A stretch of DNA of 64,000 nt from contig OZ024740.1 of assembly GCA_964016885.1 (NCBI GenBank), forward strand, positions 176,762,001 to 176,826,000, written 5' to 3'. The notes beneath the pieces were generated by a model. The model made no database searches and had not been told where the DNA came from. It was given only the letters and a program-made list of their open reading frames with translations. The stretch comes from Eledone cirrhosa. Taxonomy: Eukaryota. The position numbers and the translations under genes were made by a program. This document shows positions 23,804-37,864 of this stretch, piece by piece. Within the stretch, counting starts at the first letter, position 1, and the number at the start of each line of letters is the position of its first letter.

Positions 23804-24575
23804 TCAATTATCTTTTTTTTTGTTTTACTTCTATTTCATTTTGTGTTGTGTTTGATAGAATCTCACATATTTCTTCTGACTATCTCCTCGACAATTTCTA
23901 TATCCAGTACTGTATATTTTACCTTACATATGCTGGAACTCTGCTGACCTGTGTTTTACAAAAGTACTTGACGTAGATTCGAAATATTAATAATCAATCA
24001 ATATATAGTATTTATATTGTTAATCAACTGCTTCCAAATTTATACAACTTTCACTAAATTAACAGAAATATAAACGTGTTTCATAATGCAATATATGTTA
24101 GGAAGCAACCGTTTGATACAATGTTGTAGTGTGTATCTCATTTGCAAGAAACACGAGATGATCGCGGATTCGAAATTCGCAGCAAACACTCTTAATTTTC
24201 AATCTGAATAAATAATATATTTATTTACATTTTTCATACCTTGCGTCATTTTAGTTGTCAATGAGGATTGAATACTTCAATGTTATTGAAAAACACATGT
24301 TATACAGTAGGCTTGAAAATAAAATATATTTGTTCCTATGTTCCAGAATAGAACATATTTGTAGAAATGATTGCCTAAATATGTCCAACCATGTGCTAAA
24401 CAATGACAATCATAATTTAGAAAGAAATTGCTCTTTATAAACATATTTAGTTTGATAATCTACACACAAGCCTTTTTCTGTGTAGATTGTACATATAAAT
24501 ATTAGTGAAGTGAAATATTTCAAAATCACAAGATACGTATAAAAGAAAGTTATTCGATATCGAGAAAAGGAAATT

Positions 24576-24648
24576 GGTTCCATAGTGTAGTGGTTATCAC
24601 GTCTGCTTCACACGCGGAAGGTCGCGAGTTCGAGACTCGCTCGAGACT
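24576..24648 (+). pseudogene. trnV: tRNA-Val(CAC), broken acceptor, unit 14
   Basis: TCGAGAC 3' strand. Confidence 0.65.
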
Positions 24649-25428
24649 TTATTAATATATTTTTACTCTACAGTAGCTCTTCTAATTCCTGAGTACCCAT
24701 ATAATTTTAATCTACACTAGCTCTTCTAAGACATGAGTGCCCATATAATTTTAAATTACACTAGGTCTTTCAAGCCATCAGTGTCCATATATTTGTCAAT
24801 CAATAATACAGATTAATGTCAGTAAATGCGTTTAAAATTATGTGAGAAAGTGACTAGTTTTGCTTACATAGTTTAGTGATTACCACAACAGATTCACAAG
24901 CAGGAGATCGCGATTCCGAAACTTTCTGTAATTCTTGTTTCAATTAAAAACAATCTCCAGTTGTGTCATGATCCTTAGATGCTTAAATATTTTTCCATCT
25001 ATCAACACGGTAGCTTCAATGTGCAGTGGTGTATATTTTATCCTATACTAGATTTGGGCTGACTTGTGCCATACAACAGTACTGAAGTATTTCCTAAATA
25101 TATATAACCGCTAATTAAATTTAGATTGTTAATGAACTGCTTCCAAATTTCCTCATCATGACACCAAACGATGGCTTATTACCAAATATAGCCTTATTAA
25201 ACATGTTTACATGTCCAGTAAATTAGTGAAAGATGTATAAATGTAGAGGTAGCTGATTAGCCATGTAAATACTACGTTATGAACGATTTTATATATTTAG
25301 CATCTACGTCAAGAACTTTGTTTAACGCACATCAGCCTAGTTTCAGCATTGGTAAAGTATGTAGCAATGGATATTGACATTGGCAAGGAAATGATCAGCA
25401 GAAATATCTGAAAAAAAAAGGAGTGTCA

Positions 25429-25501
25429 AAGTTCCAGCATGTTTCGAACTCACGACCATCTGCGTGTAAAGCAGATATGATAACCACTACACCATGGAAC
25501 C
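25429..25501 (-). tRNA. trnV: tRNA-Val(TAC), unit 14
   Basis: Array-consensus copy. Confidence 0.7.
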
Positions 25502-25619
25502 ACAGACTTGCTTTAGAACAAATATTGCCTCAATACATTTACATGTTATCAATTATGCTGAATTGAAACAAATGTAAATATATTTGGTAAGACAATGTTT
25601 CTTCATTCATTCTTCATCT

Positions 25620-25692
25620 GGTTCCATGGTGTAGTGGTTATCACATCTGCTTAACACGCAGAAGGTCGTGAGTTCGCAACTCGCTGGAACCT
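25620..25692 (+). tRNA. trnV: tRNA-Val(AAC), unit 14
   Basis: A58C. Confidence 0.7.
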
Positions 25693-26464
25693 TCAATTAT
25701 CTTTTTTTTTGTTTTACTTCTATTTCATTTTGTGTTGTGTTTGATAGAATCTCACATATTTCTTCTGACTATCTCCTCGACAATTTCTATATCCAGTAAT
25801 GTATATTTTACCTTACATATGCTGGAACTCTGCTGACCTGTGTTTTACAAAAGTACTTGACGTAGATTCGAAATATTAATAACCAATCAATATATAGTAT
25901 TTATATTGTTAATCAACTGCTTCCAAATTTATACAACTTTCACTAAATTAACAGAAATATAAACGTGTTTCATAATGCAATATATGTTAGGAAGCAACCG
26001 TTTGATACAATGTTGTAGTGTGTATCTCATTTGCAAGAAACACGAGATGATCGCGGATTCGAAATTCGCAGCAAACACTCTTAATTTTCAATCTGAATAA
26101 ATAATATATTTATTTACATTTTTCATACCTTGCGTCATTTTAGTTGTCAATGAGGATTGAATACTTCAATGTTATTGAAAAACACATGTTATACAGTAGG
26201 CTTGAAAATAAAATATATTTGTTCCTATGTTCCAGAATAGAACATATTTGTAGAAATGATTGCCTAAATATGTCCAACCATGTGCTAAACAATGACAATC
26301 ATAATTTAGAAAGAAATTGCTCTTTATAAACATATTTAGTTTGATAATCTACACACAAGCCTTTTTCTGTGTAGATTGTACATATAAATATTAGTGAAGT
26401 GAAATATTTCAAAATCACAAGATACGTATAAAAGAAAGTTATTCGATATCGAGAAAAGGAAATT

Positions 26465-26537
26465 GGTTCCATAGTGTAGTGGTTATCACGTCTGCTTCAC
26501 ACGCGGAAGGTCGCGAGTTCGAGACTCGCTCGAGACT
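26465..26537 (+). pseudogene. trnV: tRNA-Val(CAC), broken acceptor, unit 15
   Basis: TCGAGAC 3' strand. Confidence 0.65.
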
Positions 26538-27316
26538 TTATTAATATATTTTTACTCTACAGTAGCTCTTCTAATTCCTGAGTACCCATATAATTTTAAT
26601 CTACACTAGCTCTTCTAAGACATGAGTGCCCATATAATTTTAATTTACACTAGGTCTTTCAAGCCATCAGTGTCCATATATTTGTCAATCAATAATACAG
26701 ATTAATGTCAGTAAATGCGTTTAAAATTATGTGAGAAAGTGACTAGTTTTGCTTACATAGTTTAGTGATTACCACAACAGATTCACAAGCAGGAGATCGC
26801 GATTCCGAAACTTTCTGTAATTCTTGTTTCAATTAAAAACAATCTCCAGTTGTGTCATGATCCTTAGATGCTTAAATATTTTTCCATCTATCAACACGGT
26901 AGCTTCAATGTGCAGTGGTGTATATTTTATCCTATACTAGATTTGGGCTGACTTGTGCCATACAACAGTACTGAAGTATTTCCTAAATATATATAACCGC
27001 TAATTAAATTTAGATTGTTAATGAACTGCTTCCAAATTTCCTCATCATGAAACCAAACGATGGCTTATTACCAAATATAGCCTTATTAAACATGTTTACA
27101 TGTCCAGTAAATTAGTGAAAGATGTATAAATGTAGAGGTAGCTGATTAGCCATGTAAATACTACGTTATGAACGATTTTATATATTTAGCATCTACGTCA
27201 AGAACTTTGTTTAACGCACATCAGCCTAGTTTCAGCATTGGTAAAGTATGTAGCAATGGATATTGACATTGGCAAGGAAATGATCAGCAGAAATATCTGA
27301 AAAAAAAGGAGTGTCA

Positions 27317-27389
27317 AAGTTCCAGCATGTTTCGAACTCACGACCATCTGCGTGTAAAGCAGATATGATAACCACTACACCATTGAACC
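27317..27389 (-). tRNA. trnV: tRNA-Val(TAC), unit 15
   Basis: C6A mismatch. Confidence 0.55.
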
Positions 27390-27507
27390 ACAGACTTGTT
27401 TTAGAACAAATATTGCCTCAATACATTTACATGTTATCAATTATGCTGAATTGAAACAAATGTAAATGTATTTGGTAAGACAATGTTTCTTCATTCATTC
27501 TTCATCT

Positions 27508-27580
27508 GGTTCCATGGTGTAGTGGTTATCACATCTGCTTAACACGCAGAAGGTCGTGAGTTCGAAACTCGCTGGTACCT
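27508..27580 (+). tRNA. trnV: tRNA-Val(AAC), unit 15
   Basis: T4.T69 mismatch. Confidence 0.8.
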
Positions 27581-28351
27581 TCAATTATCTTTTTTTTGTT
27601 TTACTTCTATTTCATTTTGTGTTGTGTTTGATAGAATCTCACATATTTCTTCTGACTATCTCCTCGACAATTTCTATATCCAGTACTGTATATTTTACCT
27701 TACATATGCTGGAACTCTGCTGACCTGTGTTTTACAAAAGTACTTGACGTAGATTCGAAATATTAATAACCAATCAATATATAGTATTTATATTGTTAAT
27801 CAACTGCTTCCAAATTTATACAACTTTCACTAAATTAACAGAAATATAAACGTGTTTCATAATGCAATATATGTTAGGAAGCAACCGTTTGATACAATGT
27901 TGTAGTGCGTATCTCATTTGCAAGAAACACGAGATGATCGCGGATTCGAAATTCGCAGCAAACACTCTTAATTTTCAATCTGAATAAATAATATATTTAT
28001 TTACATTTTTCATACATTGCGTCATTTTAGTTGTCAATGAGGATTGAATACTTCAATGTTATTGAAAAACACATGTTATACAGTAGGCTTGAAAATAAAA
28101 TATATTTGTTCCTATGTTCCAGAATAGAACATATTTGTAGAAATGATTGCCTAAATATGTCCAACCATGTGCTAAACAATGACAATCATAATTTAGAAAG
28201 AAATTGCTCTTTATAAACATATTTAGTTTGATAATCTACACACAAGCCTTTTTCTGTGTAGATTGTACATATAAATATTAGTGAAGTGAAATATTTCAAA
28301 ATCACAAGATACGTATAAAAGAAAGTTATTCGATATCGAGAAAAGGAAATT

Positions 28352-28424
28352 GGTTCCATAGTGTAGTGGTTATGACGTCTGCTTCACACGCGGAAGGTCG
28401 CGAGTTCGAGACTCGCTCGAGACT
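28352..28424 (+). pseudogene. trnV: tRNA-Val(CAC), broken acceptor, unit 16
   Basis: TCGAGAC plus C23G. Confidence 0.7.
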
Positions 28425-29203
28425 TTATTAATATATTTTTACACTACAGTAGCTCTTCTAATTCCTGAGTACCCATATAATTTTAATCTACACTAGCTCT
28501 TCTAAGACATGAGTGCCCATATAATTTTAATTTACACTAGGTCTTTCAAGCCATCAGTGTCCATATATTTGTCAATCAATAATACAGATTAATGTCAGTA
28601 AATGCGTTTAAAATTATGTGAGAAAGTGACTAGTTTTGCTTACATAGTTTAGTGATTACCACAACAGATTCACAAGCAGGAGATCGCGATTCCGAAACTT
28701 TCTGTAATTCTTGTTTCAATTAAAAACAATCTCCAGTTGTGTCATGATCCTTAGATGCTTAAATATTTTTCCATCTATCAACACGGTAGCTTCAATGTGC
28801 AGTGGTGTATATTTTATCCTATACTAGATTTGGGCCGACTTGTGCCATACAACAGTACTGAAGTATTTCCTAAATATATATAACCGCTAATAAAATTTAG
28901 ATTGTTAATGAACTGCTTCCAAATTTCCTCATCATGAAACCAAACGATGGCATATTACCAAATATAGCCTTATTAAACATGTTTACATGTGCAGTAAATT
29001 AGTGAAAGATGTATAAATGTAGAGGTAGCTGATTAGCCATGTAAATACTACGTTATGAACGATTTTATATATTTAGCGTCTACGTCAAGAACTTTGTTTA
29101 ACGCACATCAGCCTAGTTTCAGCATTGGTAAAGTATGTAGCAATGGATATTGACATTGGCAAGGAAATGATCAGCAGAAATATCTGAAAAAAAAGGAGTG
29201 TCA

Positions 29204-29276
29204 AAGTTCCAGCATGTTTCGAACTCACGACCATCTGCGTGTAAAGCAGATATGATAACCACTACACCATGGAACC
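29204..29276 (-). tRNA. trnV: tRNA-Val(TAC), unit 16
   Basis: Array-consensus copy. Confidence 0.7.
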
Positions 29277-29394
29277 ACAGACTTGTTTTCGGACAAATAT
29301 TGCCTCAATACATTTACATTTTATCAATTTTGCTGAATTGAAACAAATGTAAATATATTTGATCAGACAATGTTTCTTGTTTCATTCTTCATCT

Positions 29395-29467
29395 GGTTCC
29401 ATGGTGTAGTGGTTATCACATCTGCTTAACACGCAGAAGGTCGTGAGTTCGAAATTCGCTGGAACCT
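29395..29467 (+). tRNA. trnV: tRNA-Val(AAC), unit 16
   Basis: C61T. Confidence 0.78.
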
Positions 29468-30240
29468 TCAATTATCTTTTTTTTTGTTTTACTTCTATTT
29501 GATTTTGTGTTGTGTTTGATAGAATCTCACATATTTCTTCTGACTATCTCCTCGACAATTTCTATATCCAGTACTGTATATTTTACCTATCATATGCTGG
29601 AACTCTGGTGCCCTGTGTTTTACAAAAGTACTTGACGTAGATTCGAAATATTAATAACCAATCATTATATAGTATTTATATTGTTAATCAATTGCTTCCA
29701 AATTTATACAAGTTTCACTAAATTAACAGAAATATAATCGTGTTTCATAATGCAATATACGTTAGGAAGCAACCGTTTGATACAATGTTGTAGTGTGTAT
29801 CTCATTTGCAAAAAACACGAGATGATCGCGGATTCGAAATTCGCAGCAAACACTCTTAATTTTCAATCTGAATAAATAATATATTTATTTACATTTTTCA
29901 TATCTTGCGTCATTTTAGTTGTCAATGAGGATTGAATACTTTTAACGTTATTGAAAAACACATGTTATACAGTAGGTTTGAAAATAAAATATATTTGTTC
30001 CTATGTTCCAGAATAGAACATATTTGTAGAAATGATTGCCTAAATATGTCCGACCATGTGCTAAACAATGACAATCATAATTTAGAAAGAAATTGCTCCT
30101 TATAAACTTATTTAGTTTGATAATCTTCACACAAGCTTTTTTCTGTGTAGATTGTACATGTAAGTATTAGTGAAGTGAAATATTTCAAAATCACAAGATA
30201 CGTATAAAAGAAAGTTATTCGATATCGAGAAAAGGAAATT

Positions 30241-30313
30241 GGTTCCATAGTGTAGTGATTATCACGTCTGCTTCACACGCGGATGGTCGCGAGTTGGAAA
30301 CTCGCTGGACCCT
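30241..30313 (+). pseudogene. trnV: tRNA-Val(CAC), A/B-box mutant, unit 17
   Basis: G19A, C56G. Confidence 0.7.
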
Positions 30314-31092
30314 TTATTACAATATTTTTAATCTACAGTAGCTCTTCTAATTGATGAGTACCCATATAATTTTAATCTACACTAGCTCTTCTAAGACATG
30401 AGTGCCCATATAATTTTGAATTACACTAGGTCTTTCAAGCGATCAGTGTCCATATATTTGTCAATCAATAATACAGATTAATGTCAGTAAATGCGTTTAA
30501 AATTATGTGAGAAAGTGACTAGTTTTGCTTACATAGTTTAGTGATTACCACGCCAGATTCACAAGCAGGAGATCGCGATTCCGAAACTTTCTGTAATTCT
30601 TGTTTCAATTAAAAACAATCTCCAGTTGTGTCATGATCCTTAGATGCTTAAATATTTTTCCATCTATCAACACGGTAGCTTCAATGTGCAGTGGTGTATA
30701 TTTTATCCTATACTAGATTTGGGCTGACTTGTGCCATACAACAGTACTGAAGTATTTCCTAAATATATATAACCGCTAATTAAATTTAGATTGTTAATGA
30801 ACTGCTTCCAAATTTCCTCATCATGAAACCAAACGATGGCTTATTACCAAATATAGCCTTATTAAACATGTTTACATGTCCAGTAAATTAGTGAAAGATG
30901 TATAAATGTAGAGGTAGCTGATTAGCCATGTAAATACTACGTTATGAACGATTTTATATATTTAGCATCTACGTCAAGAACTTTGTTTAACGCATGTCAG
31001 CCTAGTTTCAGCATTGGTAAAGTATGTAGCAATGGATATTGACATTGGCAAGGATATGATCAGGAGAAATATCTGAAAAAAAAGGAGTGTCA

Positions 31093-31165
31093 AAGTTCCA
31101 GCATGTTTCGAACTCACGACCATCTGCGTGTAAAGCAGATATGATAACCACTACACCATTGAACC
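31093..31165 (-). tRNA. trnV: tRNA-Val(TAC), unit 17
   Basis: C6A mismatch. Confidence 0.55.
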
Positions 31166-31283
31166 ACAGACTTGTTTTAGAACAAATATTGCCTCAATAC
31201 ATTTACATGTTATCAATTATGCTGAATTGAAACAAATGTAAATGTATTTGGTAAGACAATGTTTCTTCATTCATTCTTCATCT

Positions 31284-31356
31284 GGTTCCATGGTGTAGTG
31301 GTTATCACATCTGCTTAACACGCAGAAGGTCGTGAGTTCGAAACTCGCTGGTACCT
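31284..31356 (+). tRNA. trnV: tRNA-Val(AAC), unit 17
   Basis: T4.T69 mismatch. Confidence 0.8.
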
Positions 31357-32127
31357 TCAATTATCTTTTTTTTGTTTTACTTCTATTTCATTTTGTGTTG
31401 TGTTTGATAGAATCTCACATATTTCTTCTGACTATCTCCTCGACAATTTCTATATCCAGTACTGTATATTTTACCTTACATATGCTGGAACTCTGCTGAC
31501 CTCTGTTTTACAAAAGTACTTGACGTAGATTCGAAATATTAATAACCAATCAATATATAGTATTTATATTGTTAATCAACTGCTTCCAAATTTATACAAC
31601 TTTCACTAAATTAACAGAAATATAAACGTGTTTCATAATGCAATATATGTTAGGAAGCAACCGTTTGATACAATGTTGTAGTGCGTATCTCATTTGCAAG
31701 AAACACGAGATGATCGCGGATTCGAAATTCGCAGCAAACACTCTTAATTTTCAATCTGAATAAATAATATATTTATTTACATTTTTCATACATTGCGTCA
31801 TTTTAGTTGTCAATGAGGATTGAATACTTCAATGTTATTGAAAAACACATGTTATACAGTAGGCTTGAAAATAAAATATATTTGTTCCTATGTTCCAGAA
31901 TAGAACATATTTGTAGAAATGATTGCCTAAATATGTCCAACCATGTGCTAAACAATGACAATCATAATTTAGAAAGAAATTGCTCTTTATAAACATATTT
32001 AGTTTGATAATCTACACACAAGCCTTTTTCTGTGTAGATTGTACATATAAATATTAGTGAAGTGAAATATTTCAAAATCACAAGATACGTATAAAAGAAA
32101 GTTATTCGATATCGAGAAAAGGAAATT

Positions 32128-32200
32128 GGTTCCATAGTGTAGTGGTTATCACGTCTGCTTCACACGCGGAAGGTCGCGAGTTCGAGACTCGCTCGAGACT
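32128..32200 (+). pseudogene. trnV: tRNA-Val(CAC), broken acceptor, unit 18
   Basis: TCGAGAC 3' strand. Confidence 0.65.
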
Positions 32201-32979
32201 TTATTAATATATTTTTACACTACAGTAGCTCTTCTAATTCCTGAGTACCCATATAATTTTAATCTACACTAGCTCTTCTAAGACATGAGTGCCCATATAA
32301 TTTTAAATTACACTAGGTCTTTCAAGCCATCAGTGTCCATATATTTGTCAATCAATAATACAGATTAATGTCAGTAAATGCGTTTAAAATTATGTGAGAA
32401 AGTGACTAGTTTTGCTTACATAGTTTAGTGATTACCACAACAGATTCACAAGCAGGAGATCGCGATTCCGAAACTTTCTGTAATTCTTGTTTCAATTAAA
32501 AACAATCTCCAGTTGTGTCATGATCCTTAGATGCTTAAATATTTTTCCATCTATCAACACGGTAGCTTCAATGTGCAGTGGTGTATATTTTATCCTATAC
32601 TAGATTTGGGCCGACTTGTGCCATACAACAGTACTGAAGTATTTCCTAAATATATATAACCGCTAATAAAATTTAGATTGTTAATGAACTGCTTCCAAAT
32701 TTCCTCATCATGAAACCAAACGATGGCATATTACCAAATATAGCCTTATTAAACATGTTTACATGTGCAGTAAATTAGTGAAAGATGTATAAATGTAGAG
32801 GTAGCAGATTAGCCATGTAAATACTACGTTATGAACGATTTTATATATTTAGCGTCTACGTCAAGAACTTTGTTTAACGCACATCAGCCTAGTTTCAGCA
32901 TTGGTAAAGTATGTAGCAATGGATATTGACATTGGCAAGGAAATGATCAGCAGAAATATCTGAAAAAAAAGGAGTGTCA

Positions 32980-33052
32980 AAGTTCCAGCATGTTTCGAAC
33001 TCACGACCATCTGCGTGTAAAGCAGATATGATAACCACTACACCATGGAACC
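32980..33052 (-). tRNA. trnV: tRNA-Val(TAC), unit 18
   Basis: Array-consensus copy. Confidence 0.7.
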
Positions 33053-33170
33053 ACAGACTTGTTTTCGGACAAATATTGCCTCAATACATTTACATTTTAT
33101 CAATTTTGCTGAATTGAAACAAATGTAAATATATTTGATCAGACAATGTTTCTTGTTTCATTCTTCATCT

Positions 33171-33243
33171 GGTTCCATGGTGTAGTGGTTATCACATCTG
33201 CTTAACACGCAGAAGGTCGTGAGTTCGAAATTCGCTGGAACCT
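33171..33243 (+). tRNA. trnV: tRNA-Val(AAC), unit 18
   Basis: C61T. Confidence 0.78.
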
Positions 33244-34016
33244 TCAATTATCTTTTTTTTTGTTTTACTTCTATTTGATTTTGTGTTGTGTTTGATAGAA
33301 TCTCACATATTTCTTCTGACTATCTCCTCGACAATTTCTATATCCAGTACTGTATATTTTACCTATCATATGCTGGAACTCTGGTGCCCTGTGTTTTACA
33401 AAAGTACTTGACGTAGATTCGAAATATTAATAACCAATCATTATATAGTATTTATATTGTTAATCAATTGCTTCCAAATTTATACAAGTTTCACTAAATT
33501 AACAGAAATATAATCGTGTTTCATAATGCAATATACGTTAGGAAGCAACCGTTTGATACAATGTTGTAGTGTGTATCTCATTTGCAAAAAACACGAGATG
33601 ATCGCGGATTCGAAATTCGCAGCAAACACTCTTAATTTTCAATCTGAATAAATAATATATTTATTTACATTTTTCATATCTTGCGTCATTTTAGTTGTCA
33701 ATGAGGATTGAATACTTTTAACGTTATTGAAAAACACATGTTATACAGTAGGTTTGAAAATAAAATATATTTGTTCCTATGTTCCAGAATAGAACATATT
33801 TGTAGAAATGATTGCCTAAATATGTCCGACCATGTGCTAAACAATGACAATCATAATTTAGAAAGAAATTGCTCCTTATAAACTTATTTAGTTTGATAAT
33901 CTTCACACAAGCTTTTTTCTGTGTAGATTGTACATGTAAGTATTAGTGAAGTGAAATATTTCAAAATCACAAGATACGTATAAAAGAAAGTTATTCGATA
34001 TCGAGAAAAGGAAATT

Positions 34017-34089
34017 GGTTCCATAGTGTAGTGATTATCACGTCTGCTTCACACGCGGATGGTCGCGAGTTGGAAACTCGCTGGACCCT
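34017..34089 (+). pseudogene. trnV: tRNA-Val(CAC), A/B-box mutant, unit 19
   Basis: G19A, C56G. Confidence 0.7.
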
Positions 34090-34868
34090 TTATTACAATA
34101 TTTTTAATCTACAGTAGCTCTTCTAATTGATGAGTACCCATATAATTTTAATCTACACTAGCTCTTCTAAGACATGAGTGCCCATATAATTTTGAATTAC
34201 ACTAGGTCTTTCAAGCGATCAGTGTCCATATATTTGTCAATCAATAATACAGATTAATGTCAGTAAATGCGTTTAAAATTATGTGAGAAAGTGACTAGTT
34301 TTGCTTACATAGTTTAGTGATTACCACGCCAGATTCACAAGCAGGAGATCGCGATTCCGAAACTTTCTGTAATTCTTGTTTCAATTAAAAACAATCTCCA
34401 GTTGTGTCATGATCCTTAGATGCTTAAATATTTTTCCATCTATCAACACGGTAGCTTCAATGTGCAGTGGTGTATATTTTATCCTATACTAGATTTGGGC
34501 TGACTTGTGCCATACAACAGTACTGAAGTATTTCCTAAATATATATAACCGCTAATTAAATTTAGATTGTTAATGAACTGCTTCCAAATTTCCTCATCAT
34601 GAAACCAAACGATGGCTTATTACCAAATATAGCCTTATTAAACATGTTTACATGTCCAGTAAATTAGTGAAAGATGTATAAATGTAGAGGTAGCTGATTA
34701 GCCATGTAAATACTACGTTATGAACGATTTTATATATTTAGCATCTACGTCAAGAACTTTGTTTAACGCATGTCAGCCTAGTTTCAGCATTGGTAAAGTA
34801 TGTAGCAATGGATATTGACATTGGCAAGGATATGATCAGGAGAAATATCTGAAAAAAAAGGAGTGTCA

Positions 34869-34941
34869 AAGTTCCAGCATGTTTCGAACTCACGACCATC
34901 TGCGTGTAAAGCAGATATGATAACCGCTACACCATTGAACC
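34869..34941 (-). tRNA. trnV: tRNA-Val(TAC), unit 19
   Basis: C6A mismatch (unit-2 allele). Confidence 0.55.
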
Positions 34942-35059
34942 ACAGACTTGTTTTAGAACAAATATTGCCTCAATACATTTACATTTTATCAATTATGCTG
35001 AATTGAAACAAATGTAAATGTATTTGATAAGACAATGTTTCTTCTTTCATTCTTCATCT

Positions 35060-35132
35060 GGTTCCATGGTGTAGTGGTTATCACATCTGCTTAACACGCA
35101 GAAGGTCGTGAGTTCGAAACTCGCTGGAACCT
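35060..35132 (+). tRNA. trnV: tRNA-Val(AAC), unit 19
   Basis: Intact. Confidence 0.9.
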
Positions 35133-35904
35133 TCAATTATCTTTTTTTTTGTTTTACTTCTATTTCATTTTGTGTTGTGTTTGATAGAATCTCACATATT
35201 TCTTCTGACTATCTCCTCGACAATTTCTATATCCAGTACTGTATATTTTACCTTACATATGCTGGAACTCTGCTGACCTGTGTTTTACAAAAGTACTTGA
35301 CGTAGATTCGAAATATTAATAACCAATCAATATATAGTATTTATATTGTTAATCAACTGCTTCCAAATTTATACAACTTTCACTAAATTAACAGAAATAT
35401 AAACGTGTTTCATAATGCAATATATGTTAGGAAGCAACCGTTTGATACAATGTTGTAGTGTGTATCTCATTTGCAAGAAACACGAGATGATCGCGGATTC
35501 GAAATTCGCAGCAAACACTCTTAATTTTCAATCTGAATAAATAATATATTTATTTACATTTTTCATACCTTGCGTCATTTTAGTTGTCAATGAGGATTGA
35601 ATACTTCAATGTTATTGAAAAACACATGTTATACAGTAGGCTTGAAAATAAAATATATTTGTTCCTATGTTCCAGAATAGAACATATTTGTAGAAATGAT
35701 TGCCTAAATATGTCCAACCATGTGCTAAACAATGACAATCATAATTTAGAAAGAAATTGCTCTTTATAAACATATTTAGTTTGATAATCTACACACAAGC
35801 CTTTTTCTGTGTAGATTGTACATATAAATATTAGTGAAGAGAAATATTTCAAAATCACAAGATACGTATAAAAGAAAGTTATTCGATATCGAGAAAAGGA
35901 AATT

Positions 35905-35977
35905 GGTTCCATAGTGTAGTGGTTATCACGTCTGCTTCACACGCGGAAGGTCGCGAGTTCGAGACTCGCTCGAGACT
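35905..35977 (+). pseudogene. trnV: tRNA-Val(CAC), broken acceptor, unit 20
   Basis: TCGAGAC 3' strand. Confidence 0.65.
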
Positions 35978-36756
35978 TTATTAATATATTTTTACTCTAC
36001 AGTAGCTCTTCTAATTCCTGAGCACCCATATAATTTTAATCTACACTAGCTCTTCTAAGACATGAGTGCCCATATAATTTTAAATTACACTAGGTCTTTC
36101 AAGCCATCAGTGTCCATATATTTGTCAATCAATAATACAGATTAATGTCAGTAAATGCGTTTAAAATTATGTGAGAAAGTGACTAGTTTTGCTTACATAG
36201 TTTAGTGATTACCACAACAGATTCACAAGCAGGAGATCGCGATTCCGAAACTTTCTGTAATTCTTGTTTCAATTAAAAACAATCTCCAGTTGTGTCATGA
36301 TCCTTAGATGCTTAAATATTTTTCCATCTATCAACACGGTAGCTTCAATGTGCAGTGGTGTATATTTTATCCTATACTAGATTTGGGCTGACTTGTGCCA
36401 TACAACAGTACTGAAGTATTTCCTAAATATATATAACCGCTAATTAAATTTAGATTGTTAATGAACTGCTTCCAAATTTCCTCATCATGACACCAAACGA
36501 TGGCTTATTACCAAATATAGCCTTATTAAACATGTTTACATGTCCAGTAAATTAGTGAAAGATGTATAAATGTAGAGGTAGCTGATTAGCCATGTAAATA
36601 CTACGTTATGAACGATTTTATATATTTAGCATCTACGTCAAGAACTTTGTTTAACGCACATCAGCCTAGTTTCAGCATTGGTAAAGTATGTAGCAATGGA
36701 TATTGACATTGGCAAGGAAATGATCAGCAGAAATATCTGAAAAAAAAGGAGTGTCA

Positions 36757-36829
36757 AAGTTCCAGCATGTTTCGAACTCCCGACCATCTGCGTGTAAAGC
36801 AGATATGATAACCACTACACCATTGAACC
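36757..36829 (-). pseudogene. trnV: tRNA-Val(TAC), damaged, unit 20
   Basis: C6A plus an extra T-stem mismatch. Confidence 0.6.
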
Positions 36830-36947
36830 ACAGACTTGTTTTAGAACAAATATTGCCTCAATACATTTACATGTTATCAATTATGCTGAATTGAAACAAA
36901 TGTAAATGTATTTGGTAAGACAATGTTTCTTCATTCATTCTTCATCT

Positions 36948-37020
36948 GGTTCCATGGTGTAGTGGTTATCACATCTGCTTAACACGCAGAAGGTCGTGAG
37001 TTCGAAACTCGCTGGTACCT
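36948..37020 (+). tRNA. trnV: tRNA-Val(AAC), unit 20
   Basis: T4.T69 mismatch. Confidence 0.8.
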
Positions 37021-37791
37021 TCAATTATCTTTTTTTTGTTTTACTTCTATTTCATTTTGTGTTGTGTTTGATAGAATCTCACATATTTCTTCTGACTATC
37101 TCCTCGACAATTTCTATATCCAGTACTGTATATTTTACCTTACATATGCTGGAACTCTGCTGACCTGTGTTTTACAAAAGTACTTGACGTAGATTCGAAA
37201 TATTAATAACCAATCAATATATAGTATTTATATTGTTAATCAACTGCTTCCAAATTTATACAACTTTCACTAAATTAACAGAAATATAAACGTGTTTCAT
37301 AATGCAATATATGTTAGGAAGCAACCGTTTGATACAATGTTGTAGTGCGTATCTCATTTGCAAGAAACACGAGATGATCGCGGATTCGAAATTCGCAGCA
37401 AACACTCTTAATTTTCAATCTGAATAAATAATATATTTATTTACATTTTTCATACATTGCGTCATTTTAGTTGTCAATGAGGATTGAATACTTCAATGTT
37501 ATTGAAAAACACATGTTATACAGTAGGCTTGAAAATAAAATATATTTGTTCCTATGTTCCAGAATAGAACATATTTGTAGAAATGATTGCCTAAATATGT
37601 CCAACCATGTGCTAAACAATGACAATCATAATTTAGAAAGAAATTGCTCTTTATAAACATATTTAGTTTGATAATCTACACACAAGCCTTTTTCTGTGTA
37701 GATTGTACATATAAATATTAGTGAAGTGAAATATTTCAAAATCACAAGATACGTATAAAAGAAAGTTATTCGATATCGAGAAAAGGAAATT

Positions 37792-37864
37792 GGTTCCATA
37801 GTGTAGTGGTTATCACGTCTGCTTCACACGCGGAAGGTCGCGAGTTCGAGACTCGCTCGAGACT
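37792..37864 (+). pseudogene. trnV: tRNA-Val(CAC), broken acceptor, unit 21
   Basis: TCGAGAC 3' strand. Confidence 0.65.

Larger units (their letters stand above)
20752..34190. repeat. Higher-order duplication copy B
   Basis: ORFs at 22368/23779/24255/26144/28031/29948/31807/33724 equal copy A +20,751; only a handful of substitutions noticed. Confidence 0.9.
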
